NCBI GenBank assembly: GCA_017551665.1
Contig: JAFZLB010000104.1
Location: 9,860-73,859 of the forward strand
Source: Lachnospiraceae bacterium
Lineage (GTDB): Bacteria > Bacillota > Clostridia > Lachnospirales > Lachnospiraceae
DNA: 64,000 nt
Reading direction: 5' to 3'
Shown: positions 53,240-62,717 of the stretch, in pieces
Position numbering within the stretch: position 1 is the first letter of the stretch
How the letters are laid out: each line of letters begins with the position of its first letter
The notes under the pieces: generated by a model
Told to the model about the DNA's origin: nothing
Seen by the model: the letters and a program-made list of their open reading frames with translations, nothing else
Database searches by the model: none
Made by a program: the position numbers and the translations under genes

Positions 53240-56200
53240 ATGCAGAATCATACGGAAAAACGGGTTGCGGAACTGCTGAATGCTTACAGGCGCAAACGGA
53301 AATGGAAGATCCTGACGGTCATCCTTTCCGTTATCGTGCTGTTCAACACGATCTACGCCATGCGGGATGCCGCCGTGGCAGTGACGGACAGTGACGCGGA
53401 GCTTGCGGAATTACAGGAAGTTGTTGACGAAGCCGTCCGCAGAAGCGAGGCGGAGACGGGCGCTCCTTCCGAAATCACGGCAGAGTTCACCCCCGGTGAA
53501 ACGGCGGACACGCCGGCGGATCCCGCGCCTGAGGCGGGAGAAGACACGCCGGTACAGGCGGAGGACGAAACACCCGCGGCACAGGACCCGCAGCCCGCGG
53601 AGGAACAGCCCGCACCGGCGGACCCGCAGCCCGCGGAGGAAAATCCGCTTCCCGCGGACATCCCGCAACCGGAAGAAACGCCGGCGGATACGGACGTTGT
53701 CACGGACGCGGAGGATGCGGACATCCTTCTTCCTGCGGATGAGGAAGCGGTCACGGAACCGGAAGAGGATCCGGAGGACGCGGAACTTCCCGTGGAAGAG
53801 GAAGAAGAGCTGCCGGAAGCGGAGGAGGAGATTACCCTCACCACGAGAGTCGGCGAAACCCTGATCAGGGTCACTTTCCCGGCGGACGCCTTCACGGAAG
53901 CTGTGACGCTGGATGCCAGGCAGATCACGGAAGAGGACGGCGAAGAATATGAGGAAATCGCGGCACTGGTGTATGAGACCGCCGCGGAGCATGATGAATT
54001 TGACGCGGAGGACTTCAGCCTCTTTGATATCCGCTTCATCAATGAATACGGCAATGTCAGGGAACCCGCGGACGGCTGTTCCGTTTCCGTTTCCATTTCG
54101 GTCACGGGAAAGGAAACGCCGGATGACGTCACGGAAGTGCTTCACATCGTGGAAGAAAACGGCGGCCTTGTCGCGGAGCGCATGAACGCGGATACCAACG
54201 GTTATACCGCGGAGTTTGTCACGGACAGCTTCTCGCCTTACGCGCTTGTCAGCGCACCGTCGGACGCGGTCTTAAGAGCCGCGCCGTCGCAAATCACCGG
54301 TGCATACCCGACATACCTGCGCGTCCTTGACGCACAGGGCAATCCGGTCACGGAAGCAAGGTACAACGATCAGGTCGCTGTGGAACTGGGATGGAATATC
54401 CGCAGCGCCAATGAAGTGACGACGGCGGGAGATTACATCGTCATCACACTGCCCGACGGTCTGGAATTCCCGAACGGCACGGGCTCTTTCAAGCTCAGCC
54501 AGGCGGCGACGGTGGGCTCCTCCACTTACCCGGCGGGAACGGAAATCGCAACTTACACGGTCAACAGCAGCGCAAAGACGCTGACCGTGACATACTTAGA
54601 ACCCGCCGTGCGGCTCATCCGCGCAAGGAAGATTCTCCCGGCCATGACGCTGTACGGCAAGCCCTGGGGAGAGCTGCGTTTTGAGAACGTGCGTGTGACG
54701 GCGAAATCGCCTTTCCGTCCGCAGATCGTGCTGAACGGACAGGCCGCGCAGCACAGCTACGTCATCAACATTCTGGACAGACAGCCGCAGCAGCTGACGA
54801 ACGTAAAGATCACCTCGTTTACGGTGGATAACAAAGTCGGCACACAGGGAAGTCCCGTGGAAGTCGGCAGGGAAGACCAGGTGACGATCAACCTCTCCTG
54901 GGAGTGGAAGAGCGCGACGGAATACATCGGCAACGGAGATTATTACCGCATCGTGCTGCATGAAGCGCTGGCCTGCAGGGATATGGAATACACCACGATC
55001 GATTCCCGCGGTAATCACATCAACATTAAACTGGACACCCAGGAAGTCTATATTTCCGGCTATGATTCCCAACGCGAAAGCAGGGCCGTTCTGACGGTCA
55101 CGTATCTGGACGTGGTCGGAGGGTATAACGAATCCTCGGGCAGGATTCAGACAAGCGCCTATGTTGTTGTGGATGACAATGACCTCAACCGGACCTTCCC
55201 CGTCTGGGCCAAGGCCATTACCGTCAAGGGTAACACGGTTTCCGTGACAAGCACAGCAAACAATTACGTCCGCGTCAAAAAGGGCAGCCAGATTCCGGAC
55301 GGCGTGTGGCGTCTGCGCGGCAGTACTTCAGATGTCAATGTCACGTATGATTTTGTGCCTTTCAACAAGGGATATACGCTGCAGGCGGATCATATCGGCA
55401 AATATGGCACGACAACACCGCACCTTTTTGTTGTCGCGGATCACGGGGATAATCTGACGGTGTATCCGTTTGAAAACGCGGGGGCGACAGACGTGGACTT
55501 TGTCCCCTTTTCCTCCAACTACATGGATGCGTACTGCATCAGCCCCTGGTCGGATCCCCCGATCGGCGGAACCTCGGGCAATGGCAGGTATGATTTCAGC
55601 AAGGCAACACAATATGATCTGATTTCCCTCCATGAGGCGTCTGCGATCTATGGCGGGGGCAGTTCCTCCGGCAGTGACGGAGAGTGGTCGGCGGGAGCCG
55701 CCGCAAAGCTGCAGCGTGTGTTGTCCGTGTCGTTTCCTTATGTATCGACATCGGACATGCTCGGGGAACTGCAGGCATATGGCGGTCTGAGCGGGAGCAT
55801 CAGGTCCATCAGTAATGATGAGGCAACGCTGGCAGTGCAGATTGCGCTTTGGCGGGTTGCCTATGACAGGGGTGAGGATTACGCGAACAGTTACTACAAG
55901 TTCCGTGCTGCAAGCAATGTGAGCACGCGCAGCAAGGTGGATGAAATTGCCACGGCACTGACCAAATACAATCCGCCCACAGGCAACGGCGGTAAGGATT
56001 ATGCACTGGACGGTGAGCCGCTCCTGACCTTCGGTACGGATTCCGTCACAATCACGGGAAAGATCGCACCGACGCCGGTGCCGGATTCCTTGACGGGCGT
56101 GTTCTCCAATGAGTCCGGAACGAAAAAGACGAATGTCACCGTCAACCGGAACGACGGTACCTTCACCGCGACGCTGACGGACGTCAACGTCAATGACAAA

Positions 56201-58471
56201 TTCACCGTCAGCTTCAGCGGCACGGTGAATGATCCGACTGCCTGCCGGGTGCTCTACTTCCGGAATAAGTCCACCATCATCACGCCCGATGCCAATGCGG
56301 CGCAGGATTTGATCGCCGCAGAGTGCGGAAAGAGAAGGGTGAATTTCGAATGGTGCAGCGAAGGCAGCCGCGGTATCCGCATCGTCAAACAGTTCGTGGA
56401 TGAGAACGACAAGGTATTCGTTCCGGATGACGCGGAGGTTGAAATCACGGTGTACCGTTACGTGCCCGGCGGCGCCCGCGAAGTCTGGCAGGTGGTGAAG
56501 CTGAACAAGGCAAACGGATACAAATGGTCCGCCCAGGGTCTGCCCCTGAAGGATAAAAACGGAAAGTATTACCGTTATGACGCGGTGGAGACCGGTGTGC
56601 CGAAGGGCTTTACCTTCATCGGCTCAAGTGTGGATCAGGACGGCGCGGTTTTTGTCTTCACCTTTAAGAACCGCGAAGATACGGAAGAGAAGACTTCCCT
56701 GCGTGTCACAAAGAACTGGTGCGGTATTTCCGATGAGGAAGCGGACCGGCTCAGTGTCAGGGTGGCGCTCTACCGCGTGAATGCCGACGGCACAAAGACG
56801 CAGATGAAGATCAAAAACCTGGTTGCGACAGACACGGCCGAGGGCCGCGTTGTGACCGGTGATTTCAGTACGATGGAAGGCGATAATGTCATTGAAACAC
56901 TGAAGAAATCCAACAACTGGACGGTGCTCTTCGAAGGACTGCCGAAGTTTGAGGACGACGGCGTCACACTGATCAAATATGAGATCGTTGAGCTGGATCC
57001 GCCGGAAGGCTTTACGGTGACCTATGAACAGCCGGAGATGGATGCCGTTTCGCCGGAAGCCACCGTCACCAACACAAAGAACGTGACGAAGCTCAGGGTC
57101 GTGAAGCGCTGGGCGGGCGTGCCGGATGATCTGCAGGACGGGCTGACGGCGAAGGTGCAGCTCTTCCGTGTGAATTATTTCGCGGCACAGGGGCAAAACC
57201 CCACAAAGACCGGCATCCGCAGCAAGGATCTGACAAAGGTTTCCGAGGATACGGTCAACGGTGCGGTATACAGCGGCACCTACTGCGTCAAACGGAATCA
57301 GGATGCTTCGGACGGCGAGGAAGTCATCGTCACCCTGTCAAAGGCAAACAACTGGACGGTCACCTTTGACAATCTGCCGAAGTATGATGATGGGGATGAA
57401 TCTCTGATTCAGTACGTGATACAGGAAATTGCGGTCTATGACGCTCAGGGCAAAGAGGTCATGGCGGACTTTGCCGTCACCTACGGTCCGGCCATGTTCC
57501 GGGATCTGATGGGCAGACTCTACGCCCAGCCGAATATGACGGCGGATGTGCCGGAGGCAACTGTCACCAACACCACGGAAGGCTCGCTCAAGGTCATCAA
57601 GAAATGGATCGATGCCGACGGAAACGAATGGACGGCGGTCTTCCCGAAGGAAGTCATCGTGGAGCTTTCCGCCACCTTCCTCGGCAAGGCGGTTTCCGCA
57701 GAGCAGCTGGCAAAATACGTCAACGGACCGGTGCGTGTCTCCCTGACAAAGGACGGCGGCTGGACTTATACCTGGGGCAGCGTAGCCCATGTGCCCGGCC
57801 TGCAATACTTCATCAAAGAGGTCGTCAGCAATCCGGCAAATTATGACCTGGTGGATGAGAACGGTAACGTCATCAACTGGACAAACGTCCCGGTGACCTA
57901 TAACCAAGCGACAAAATGCTGGGAGGTCACGCTGACGAACCGCAGAAAGTCCGTGGAGATCGAACTGGAAAAGATCGACGCGAATGACAAGACAAAGCTT
58001 TTGCCCGGTGCGGAATTCACGCTGTACCGCAGGGATGACATGAGCAAGCCGCTGGGCACTTACGAAACCGGCGCGGACGGAACGGTTAAAATCCCCGGCC
58101 TCGTGCAGTACACGGACTATGTGCTGATCGAGACGAAGTGGCCGGAGGGGTATATCGAAAAGAACAACCCGGATCCCGTCATCTTCCGGATTGAGATCAG
58201 GGATGGTGACAACTGGATCAAAATCGTCAGTTCCCCGGACTACCCGGCGGATTCCTGGGTGGTGGGACTGAATGAAAGAGATCTGCGGCTGAAGCTGCGC
58301 ATCAAGAACGAAAAGGCCTATTATAAGCTGCCCGAAGCGGGCGGTCCCGGAACCAACGGATACATGGCAGGAGGCATGTCGCTGATGACGGCGACGCTCC
58401 TGATGTATATCACCTGGCAGTTCATGCTAAAAAGGGGAAAAGGGGGGCGTCAAAATAACCAGGATGCATGA
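53240..58471 (+). CDS. pilus tip adhesin (1,743 aa from the ATG at 53240; the 1,747-aa track ORF starts at GTG 53228) with predicted thioester domain, CnaB-type stalk domains and LPEAG sorting signal
   Basis: N-terminal TM/signal, acidic Pro-rich region, YCIS and AVQIALW motifs, several CnaB-like repeats. LPEAGG (58328-58342) + hydrophobic segment + KRGKGGR. Confidence 0.8.
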   Translation: MQNHTEKRVAELLNAYRRKRKWKILTVILSVIVLFNTIYAMRDAAVAVTDSDAELAELQEVVDEAVRRSEAETGAPSEITAEFTPGETADTPADPAPEAGEDTPVQAEDETPAAQDPQPAEEQPAPADPQPAEENPLPADIPQPEETPADTDVVTDAEDADILLPADEEAVTEPEEDPEDAELPVEEEEELPEAEEEITLTTRVGETLIRVTFPADAFTEAVTLDARQITEEDGEEYEEIAALVYETAAEHDEFDAEDFSLFDIRFINEYGNVREPADGCSVSVSISVTGKETPDDVTEVLHIVEENGGLVAERMNADTNGYTAEFVTDSFSPYALVSAPSDAVLRAAPSQITGAYPTYLRVLDAQGNPVTEARYNDQVAVELGWNIRSANEVTTAGDYIVITLPDGLEFPNGTGSFKLSQAATVGSSTYPAGTEIATYTVNSSAKTLTVTYLEPAVRLIRARKILPAMTLYGKPWGELRFENVRVTAKSPFRPQIVLNGQAAQHSYVINILDRQPQQLTNVKITSFTVDNKVGTQGSPVEVGREDQVTINLSWEWKSATEYIGNGDYYRIVLHEALACRDMEYTTIDSRGNHINIKLDTQEVYISGYDSQRESRAVLTVTYLDVVGGYNESSGRIQTSAYVVVDDNDLNRTFPVWAKAITVKGNTVSVTSTANNYVRVKKGSQIPDGVWRLRGSTSDVNVTYDFVPFNKGYTLQADHIGKYGTTTPHLFVVADHGDNLTVYPFENAGATDVDFVPFSSNYMDAYCISPWSDPPIGGTSGNGRYDFSKATQYDLISLHEASAIYGGGSSSGSDGEWSAGAAAKLQRVLSVSFPYVSTSDMLGELQAYGGLSGSIRSISNDEATLAVQIALWRVAYDRGEDYANSYYKFRAASNVSTRSKVDEIATALTKYNPPTGNGGKDYALDGEPLLTFGTDSVTITGKIAPTPVPDSLTGVFSNESGTKKTNVTVNRNDGTFTATLTDVNVNDKFTVSFSGTVNDPTACRVLYFRNKSTIITPDANAAQDLIAAECGKRRVNFEWCSEGSRGIRIVKQFVDENDKVFVPDDAEVEITVYRYVPGGAREVWQVVKLNKANGYKWSAQGLPLKDKNGKYYRYDAVETGVPKGFTFIGSSVDQDGAVFVFTFKNREDTEEKTSLRVTKNWCGISDEEADRLSVRVALYRVNADGTKTQMKIKNLVATDTAEGRVVTGDFSTMEGDNVIETLKKSNNWTVLFEGLPKFEDDGVTLIKYEIVELDPPEGFTVTYEQPEMDAVSPEATVTNTKNVTKLRVVKRWAGVPDDLQDGLTAKVQLFRVNYFAAQGQNPTKTGIRSKDLTKVSEDTVNGAVYSGTYCVKRNQDASDGEEVIVTLSKANNWTVTFDNLPKYDDGDESLIQYVIQEIAVYDAQGKEVMADFAVTYGPAMFRDLMGRLYAQPNMTADVPEATVTNTTEGSLKVIKKWIDADGNEWTAVFPKEVIVELSATFLGKAVSAEQLAKYVNGPVRVSLTKDGGWTYTWGSVAHVPGLQYFIKEVVSNPANYDLVDENGNVINWTNVPVTYNQATKCWEVTLTNRRKSVEIELEKIDANDKTKLLPGAEFTLYRRDDMSKPLGTYETGADGTVKIPGLVQYTDYVLIETKWPEGYIEKNNPDPVIFRIEIRDGDNWIKIVSSPDYPADSWVVGLNERDLRLKLRIKNEKAYYKLPEAGGPGTNGYMAGGMSLMTATLLMYITWQFMLKRGKGGRQNNQDA

Positions 58472-58539
58472 GCCGGGAGAAAGAAGCAAACAACAGTATA
58501 TTTCCACACAGAGAAAAAAGTTTTGAAAGGAGTAAGGAA

Positions 58540-60258
58540 ATGAAGAACGTAAAGAAAATTCTCAGCATGCTGCTCATCAGCGTGATGGTGCTGACCCTGG
58601 CACTGCCGGCCTTTGCGGCAACGGGCGGTAAGATCACCATCACAAACACGCAGGCAGACAACCTGAAATATCAGGCATATCAGGTCTTCAAGGGCGAGCC
58701 CGGTGACGGTAAGCTGGTTTCGATCGAGTGGGGCAACGGCGTAAACGCCACGGCACTGCTTGCGGCCCTGAAGGCGGACACGACCCTCGGCACCAAGTTC
58801 ACGAACTGCACGACGGCGGAGGACGTGGCAAAGGTCTTTGCGGCGGAGCAGAATGACAGTGAGACCATGCAGGCGATTTCCGTTATCGTTGCGGATCACC
58901 TCACAACGGTTGCCGGCACGAGCACGCAGACAGTCAGCCCTTATACGATCGAAAACCTGAACACCGGTTATTATTTCGTGAAGGACATCTCCGGTCTCGC
59001 TACGGCGGACGGCCGCGGCAGCAAATATGCAATGGTCAACGTGCTGGATGACAAAGCGACCATCGCCATCAAGACGGAAGTCCCGACCCAGGAAAAGAAG
59101 GTCTATGAAAACCAGCCCGGCAATTACGACGGAACCCCTGAGGAAGTGGAGAAGTGGGGTCAGGGCTTCAATGATGTCGCGGACTACAACATCAATGACG
59201 TAGTTCCCTTCGAACTGCTTTCCACCGTTCCGAATTTTAAGGGCATGAAGACCTACTACTATGAGTTCCAGGACCAGTATGACACGGCATTTTCGCTGGA
59301 CAAAAGCTCCATCAAGGTGGAAGTCGTCAGCAAGGACAATGTGGGAACCGTTTTGAAAACGCTTACTGCGGGTACGGATTACACGATTGAATACATTGAC
59401 AATCCGTTTGACATCCAGGTGAATGCCAACACCACAAGAAAGGTGAAGCAGTTCAACGTCAAGATCGATGATCTGGTGAAAACGCTTGGTGAACAATACA
59501 TCGGCCAGAAGATCAAGGTGACCTTCAGCGCGACCTTAAACGAAGGCGCGGTCATCGGCAGACCCGGCAACCGCAACAGATCCAGACTGATCTACGGCAA
59601 CAATCCGAACGAGACCGGTGAACCGACCCCCTGGGATGAAGTCGTGGTCTTCACCTATGAGCTGGATGTGGACAAGTTCGACAGTGCGGATACAACGAAG
59701 AAGCTGATGGATGCGGAATTCGTATTCTATCGTGTGAATGCGCAAGGACAGAATGAATACGTGTCCGTGGATGCCAACGGCAAGGTGCAGGGCTGGACGG
59801 CCATCATTGATCCGCCGCTGAATCCCACCGACCCGAATCCCTTCGATTATTCCGGATACTATGCCGGTGAGGGTGCTTCCATTCTGAAAACGGACGCGAC
59901 AGGTAAGTTTATCATTTCCGGTCTTGACGAAGGCACCTACTATCTCAAGGAAACGAAGGCACCGACAGGCTACAACAAGCTGACGAAAGACGTGCAGGTT
60001 GAGATCATCGCAACGACAACCAACGGACACAACGGTGCTGCGAACGCGCTGACCGCTACAATGATCAATATCGATGATGCGGGCGCGGCTCACACACCGA
60101 ACAAGCCGGACGGTTACGAAACCGCTCCGATCCCGAACGATGAAGGCCTGAAGCTTCCGGAGACCGGCGGCATGGGAACGACACTGTTCTACATCATCGG
60201 TGCGGCCCTTATGATCGGCGCGGGTGTGGTGCTTGTGGCACGCAGACGCGTCCGCTGA
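58540..60258 (+). CDS. major (backbone) pilin, isopeptide-forming, LPETG-anchored
   Basis: Signal peptide, E-box-like YYLKETKAPTGY. LPETGG (60154-60168) + TM + RRRVR. AAAGGAG SD before the ATG at 58540. Confidence 0.8.
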   Translation: MKNVKKILSMLLISVMVLTLALPAFAATGGKITITNTQADNLKYQAYQVFKGEPGDGKLVSIEWGNGVNATALLAALKADTTLGTKFTNCTTAEDVAKVFAAEQNDSETMQAISVIVADHLTTVAGTSTQTVSPYTIENLNTGYYFVKDISGLATADGRGSKYAMVNVLDDKATIAIKTEVPTQEKKVYENQPGNYDGTPEEVEKWGQGFNDVADYNINDVVPFELLSTVPNFKGMKTYYYEFQDQYDTAFSLDKSSIKVEVVSKDNVGTVLKTLTAGTDYTIEYIDNPFDIQVNANTTRKVKQFNVKIDDLVKTLGEQYIGQKIKVTFSATLNEGAVIGRPGNRNRSRLIYGNNPNETGEPTPWDEVVVFTYELDVDKFDSADTTKKLMDAEFVFYRVNAQGQNEYVSVDANGKVQGWTAIIDPPLNPTDPNPFDYSGYYAGEGASILKTDATGKFIISGLDEGTYYLKETKAPTGYNKLTKDVQVEIIATTTNGHNGAANALTATMINIDDAGAAHTPNKPDGYETAPIPNDEGLKLPETGGMGTTLFYIIGAALMIGAGVVLVARRRVR

Positions 60259-60360
60259 GGATTGCGGGGGTGCGTGGCACGGAGCAATCCGCAGGTGCAT
60301 GAAATCTGCATCAAGGCGCATCAATGATACAACAAAAGTGGAAATGTACATGAATGCATA

Positions 60361-60386
60361 CCCGGGGCGGGAGTGCCCGCCCCGGG
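60361..60386 (+). other. perfect 11-bp GC hairpin CCCGGGGCGGG-AGTG-CCCGCCCCGGG between pilin genes
   Basis: Seen directly; no U tract. Confidence 0.6.
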
Positions 60387-60496
60387 AGACCTGAGGGAAC
60401 TGACGGCAGGGCGTACCTTACGACCATCGTGTATTCGCAGGGTACACCGTACCGTCAATGAAGCGGAAAGAGTTTACCGTAAAGCAGGAGTTTTTT

Positions 60497-61708
60497 ATGA
60501 GAATCAAAACGTACATGAAGAGACTGATATCCGCAGTGGCTGCGGCGGCGCTCCTTTTCGGGACACCCCTGACGGCGCGGGCGGACAATGATCCGATTGT
60601 CGATAACGGCAACGGGAAAATTGCGATTGTCTACCGGGACCGAAACAATGATCCGATTTCCGGCATGCGCGTGCGTGTTTATCAGGTGGCGTCCGCGACA
60701 GGCCGGACAAAGGACAACGCCGCAAGCGGCTATACGCTGGAATACCAGCTGAAAAATGCCTTCCGTCAGTTTGATGAAAACACCGGCTACACGAGGATTA
60801 CCGGCTTTTCGGAGGAAGCGCTGAATGACGCACTGATCATTCGCGACGGCGAATCCGATACGGTCCGCAGAGCAAGATGGCAACGGATTGCGGCCTCCCT
60901 CGCGCCCTACGCAACGGCACCGGAGTATGGTGTTACGCCACAGGGGGATGAGGTGACAGAGCCGGACGGAACCGTTACGTTTACGGGACTTTCTCCCGGC
61001 CTGTATCTGCTGATTGCGGACGGTCTGATTGTGGAGGACGGTTATGATGATTACCGGTACAGTTATGATCCCGCCTTTGTGGCATTACCGGGTTATACCG
61101 CCGGTGTCTGGGATTACGGCGTAAACCTGGACTTTCAGAACAACAATGCACAGTTGCGTCAAAAATACCGCTATGATACAGTTCCTTATGAATTTGAGAT
61201 TTTCAAACGCTGGGTTGGAGATGATGCCACGCTCCGGCCGGCGGAAGTCATTGTTGACATTTATCGTGACGGCGTACTCTATCAGACCGTAACATTAAAC
61301 GAAGGAAACGGATGGCATTACAGTTGGACGGCAGGGAGCAGACGTCATATCTGGAGCGTGGTGGAGCGTGCAACGGCGCAAAGCTATTCGGTCTCGGTTG
61401 TCGAGAACAAGTGGTCCGGCACCTTCACCCTGACCAACACCTACAACCCGCCGCCCCCGCCGCCGGATGAACCCCCGCCGCCGCCGAACGATAATCCGCC
61501 GCCGCCGGAGGAGGAAGACATCCTCGGCGTCAGGAGAGGTCCCGCGGAGGAAGAGGACATTCTTGGCGTCAGGAGAGGGGAGATCCCGGAGGTTCTCGGT
61601 GCGCGGAGACTGCCGCAGACGGGTCAGCTCTGGTGGCCGGTTCCCCTGCTCGCAATTGGCGGCATCGGGCTTTTCGCGGCGGGACTGATCCGCAGGAGAC
61701 GTGCCTGA
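60497..61708 (+). CDS. minor/basal pilin with CnaB-type domain, poly-Pro tail and LPQTG sorting signal
   Basis: Signal peptide MRIKTYMKRLISAVAAAALLFGTPLTARA; PPPPPPDEPPPPPNDNPPPP. LPQTG (61610-61624) + TM + RRRRA. Confidence 0.75.
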   Translation: MRIKTYMKRLISAVAAAALLFGTPLTARADNDPIVDNGNGKIAIVYRDRNNDPISGMRVRVYQVASATGRTKDNAASGYTLEYQLKNAFRQFDENTGYTRITGFSEEALNDALIIRDGESDTVRRARWQRIAASLAPYATAPEYGVTPQGDEVTEPDGTVTFTGLSPGLYLLIADGLIVEDGYDDYRYSYDPAFVALPGYTAGVWDYGVNLDFQNNNAQLRQKYRYDTVPYEFEIFKRWVGDDATLRPAEVIVDIYRDGVLYQTVTLNEGNGWHYSWTAGSRRHIWSVVERATAQSYSVSVVENKWSGTFTLTNTYNPPPPPPDEPPPPPNDNPPPPEEEDILGVRRGPAEEEDILGVRRGEIPEVLGARRLPQTGQLWWPVPLLAIGGIGLFAAGLIRRRRA

Positions 61709-61740
61709 AGACGGATGACACAAGTAAACAGCAGACAAAA

Positions 61741-61767
61741 ACAGGGGACGGTTCCGCCGCCCCCTGT
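61741..61767. other. strong hairpin ACAGGGGaCGG-TTCCG-CCGcCCCCTGT after the basal pilin gene
   Basis: 10 bp with one mismatch. Poor U tract on + (ATTGA). A run upstream gives TTTTG on the - strand. Confidence 0.4.
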
Positions 61768-61772
61768 ATTGA

Positions 61773-61859
61773 TGGTATGCGCGCACGGATGCGCCATACT
61801 ACCGACCCGACTGTTTTGTGCTCTGCCAGGGATGGCAGAGCAGGAGGGGAGTGTGGTAT
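61773..61859 (+). ncRNA. TwoAYGGAY-type structured RNA element, copy B
   Basis: Hairpin 1 GTATG(c)GCGC-ACGGAT-GCGCCATAC; hairpin 2 GCTCTGCC-AGGGAT-GGCAGAGC. Linker and 3' tail identical to copy A. Confidence 0.6.
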
Positions 61860-61868
61860 CATTGAGAT

Positions 61869-62717
61869 ATGAAGAGCAATAGCAGACGCGTAACAATCAT
61901 TCTCCTGTTTCTGTTCCTCCTGGGCCTGGTGATTGTCCTTTATCCGAGCTTCAGCAACTGGTGGAACAAAAGAGACGCCGTCCGTGCCATTGCGACTTAT
62001 AACGCGGCGCTGGAGGAGTTTGTGGAAGAGGACCATTCAGAGTTCTGGGAGGAAGCGGAGCGTTATAACGCCGGTGTTGCGTCCCACGGCAAGCTGAAGG
62101 AGATGACGGAGGAGGAGCTTGCGGAGTACAATACGCTGCTGGATCCTGTGGGCAACGGCATGATGGGCTATCTCAGCATCGATGCCATTGACGTGCACAT
62201 GCCGATTTATCACACCGTGGACGAGGCGGTGCTGCAGGTCGCCATCGGCCACGTGCCTTCTTCTTCCCTGCCCACGGGGGGCAAGGGCAATCACATCGCG
62301 CTCTCCGGCCACAGGGGGCTGCCCAGCGCCCGCATCCTGACGGATCTGGACAAGCTGGTGGAGGGGGATGTCTTCTTCATCACGGTCATGGACCGGACCC
62401 TGGCCTATGAGGTGGATCAGATCAAAATCGTGCTGCCGGAAGAGGTGGATGATCTGGCCATTGACCCGGAGGAGGATTACTGCACGCTCATCACCTGCAC
62501 GCCCTACGGCGTCAACTCCCACCGCATGCTGGTGCGCGGTGTCCGCTCGGATGCCGTCCTTGGTGCCGGAAGACGTTTTGTCGGCAGTGACGCGGTGATG
62601 GTGGATACGATTTTTGTCTCCATCGCCATTGCGGTGCCCATGCTTCTGCTGCTGCTGATCGTGCTCTTTGTGAAAACATCCAAGAAGAAAGATCATGGAA
62701 CAGAAGACGAAGAATAA
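61869..62717 (+). CDS. class C (pilus-polymerising) sortase
   Basis: N- and C-terminal TM segments, HRGLP, TLITCTPYGVNSHRMLVRG (TLxTC + Arg). Confidence 0.85.
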   Translation: MKSNSRRVTIILLFLFLLGLVIVLYPSFSNWWNKRDAVRAIATYNAALEEFVEEDHSEFWEEAERYNAGVASHGKLKEMTEEELAEYNTLLDPVGNGMMGYLSIDAIDVHMPIYHTVDEAVLQVAIGHVPSSSLPTGGKGNHIALSGHRGLPSARILTDLDKLVEGDVFFITVMDRTLAYEVDQIKIVLPEEVDDLAIDPEEDYCTLITCTPYGVNSHRMLVRGVRSDAVLGAGRRFVGSDAVMVDTIFVSIAIAVPMLLLLLIVLFVKTSKKKDHGTEDEE

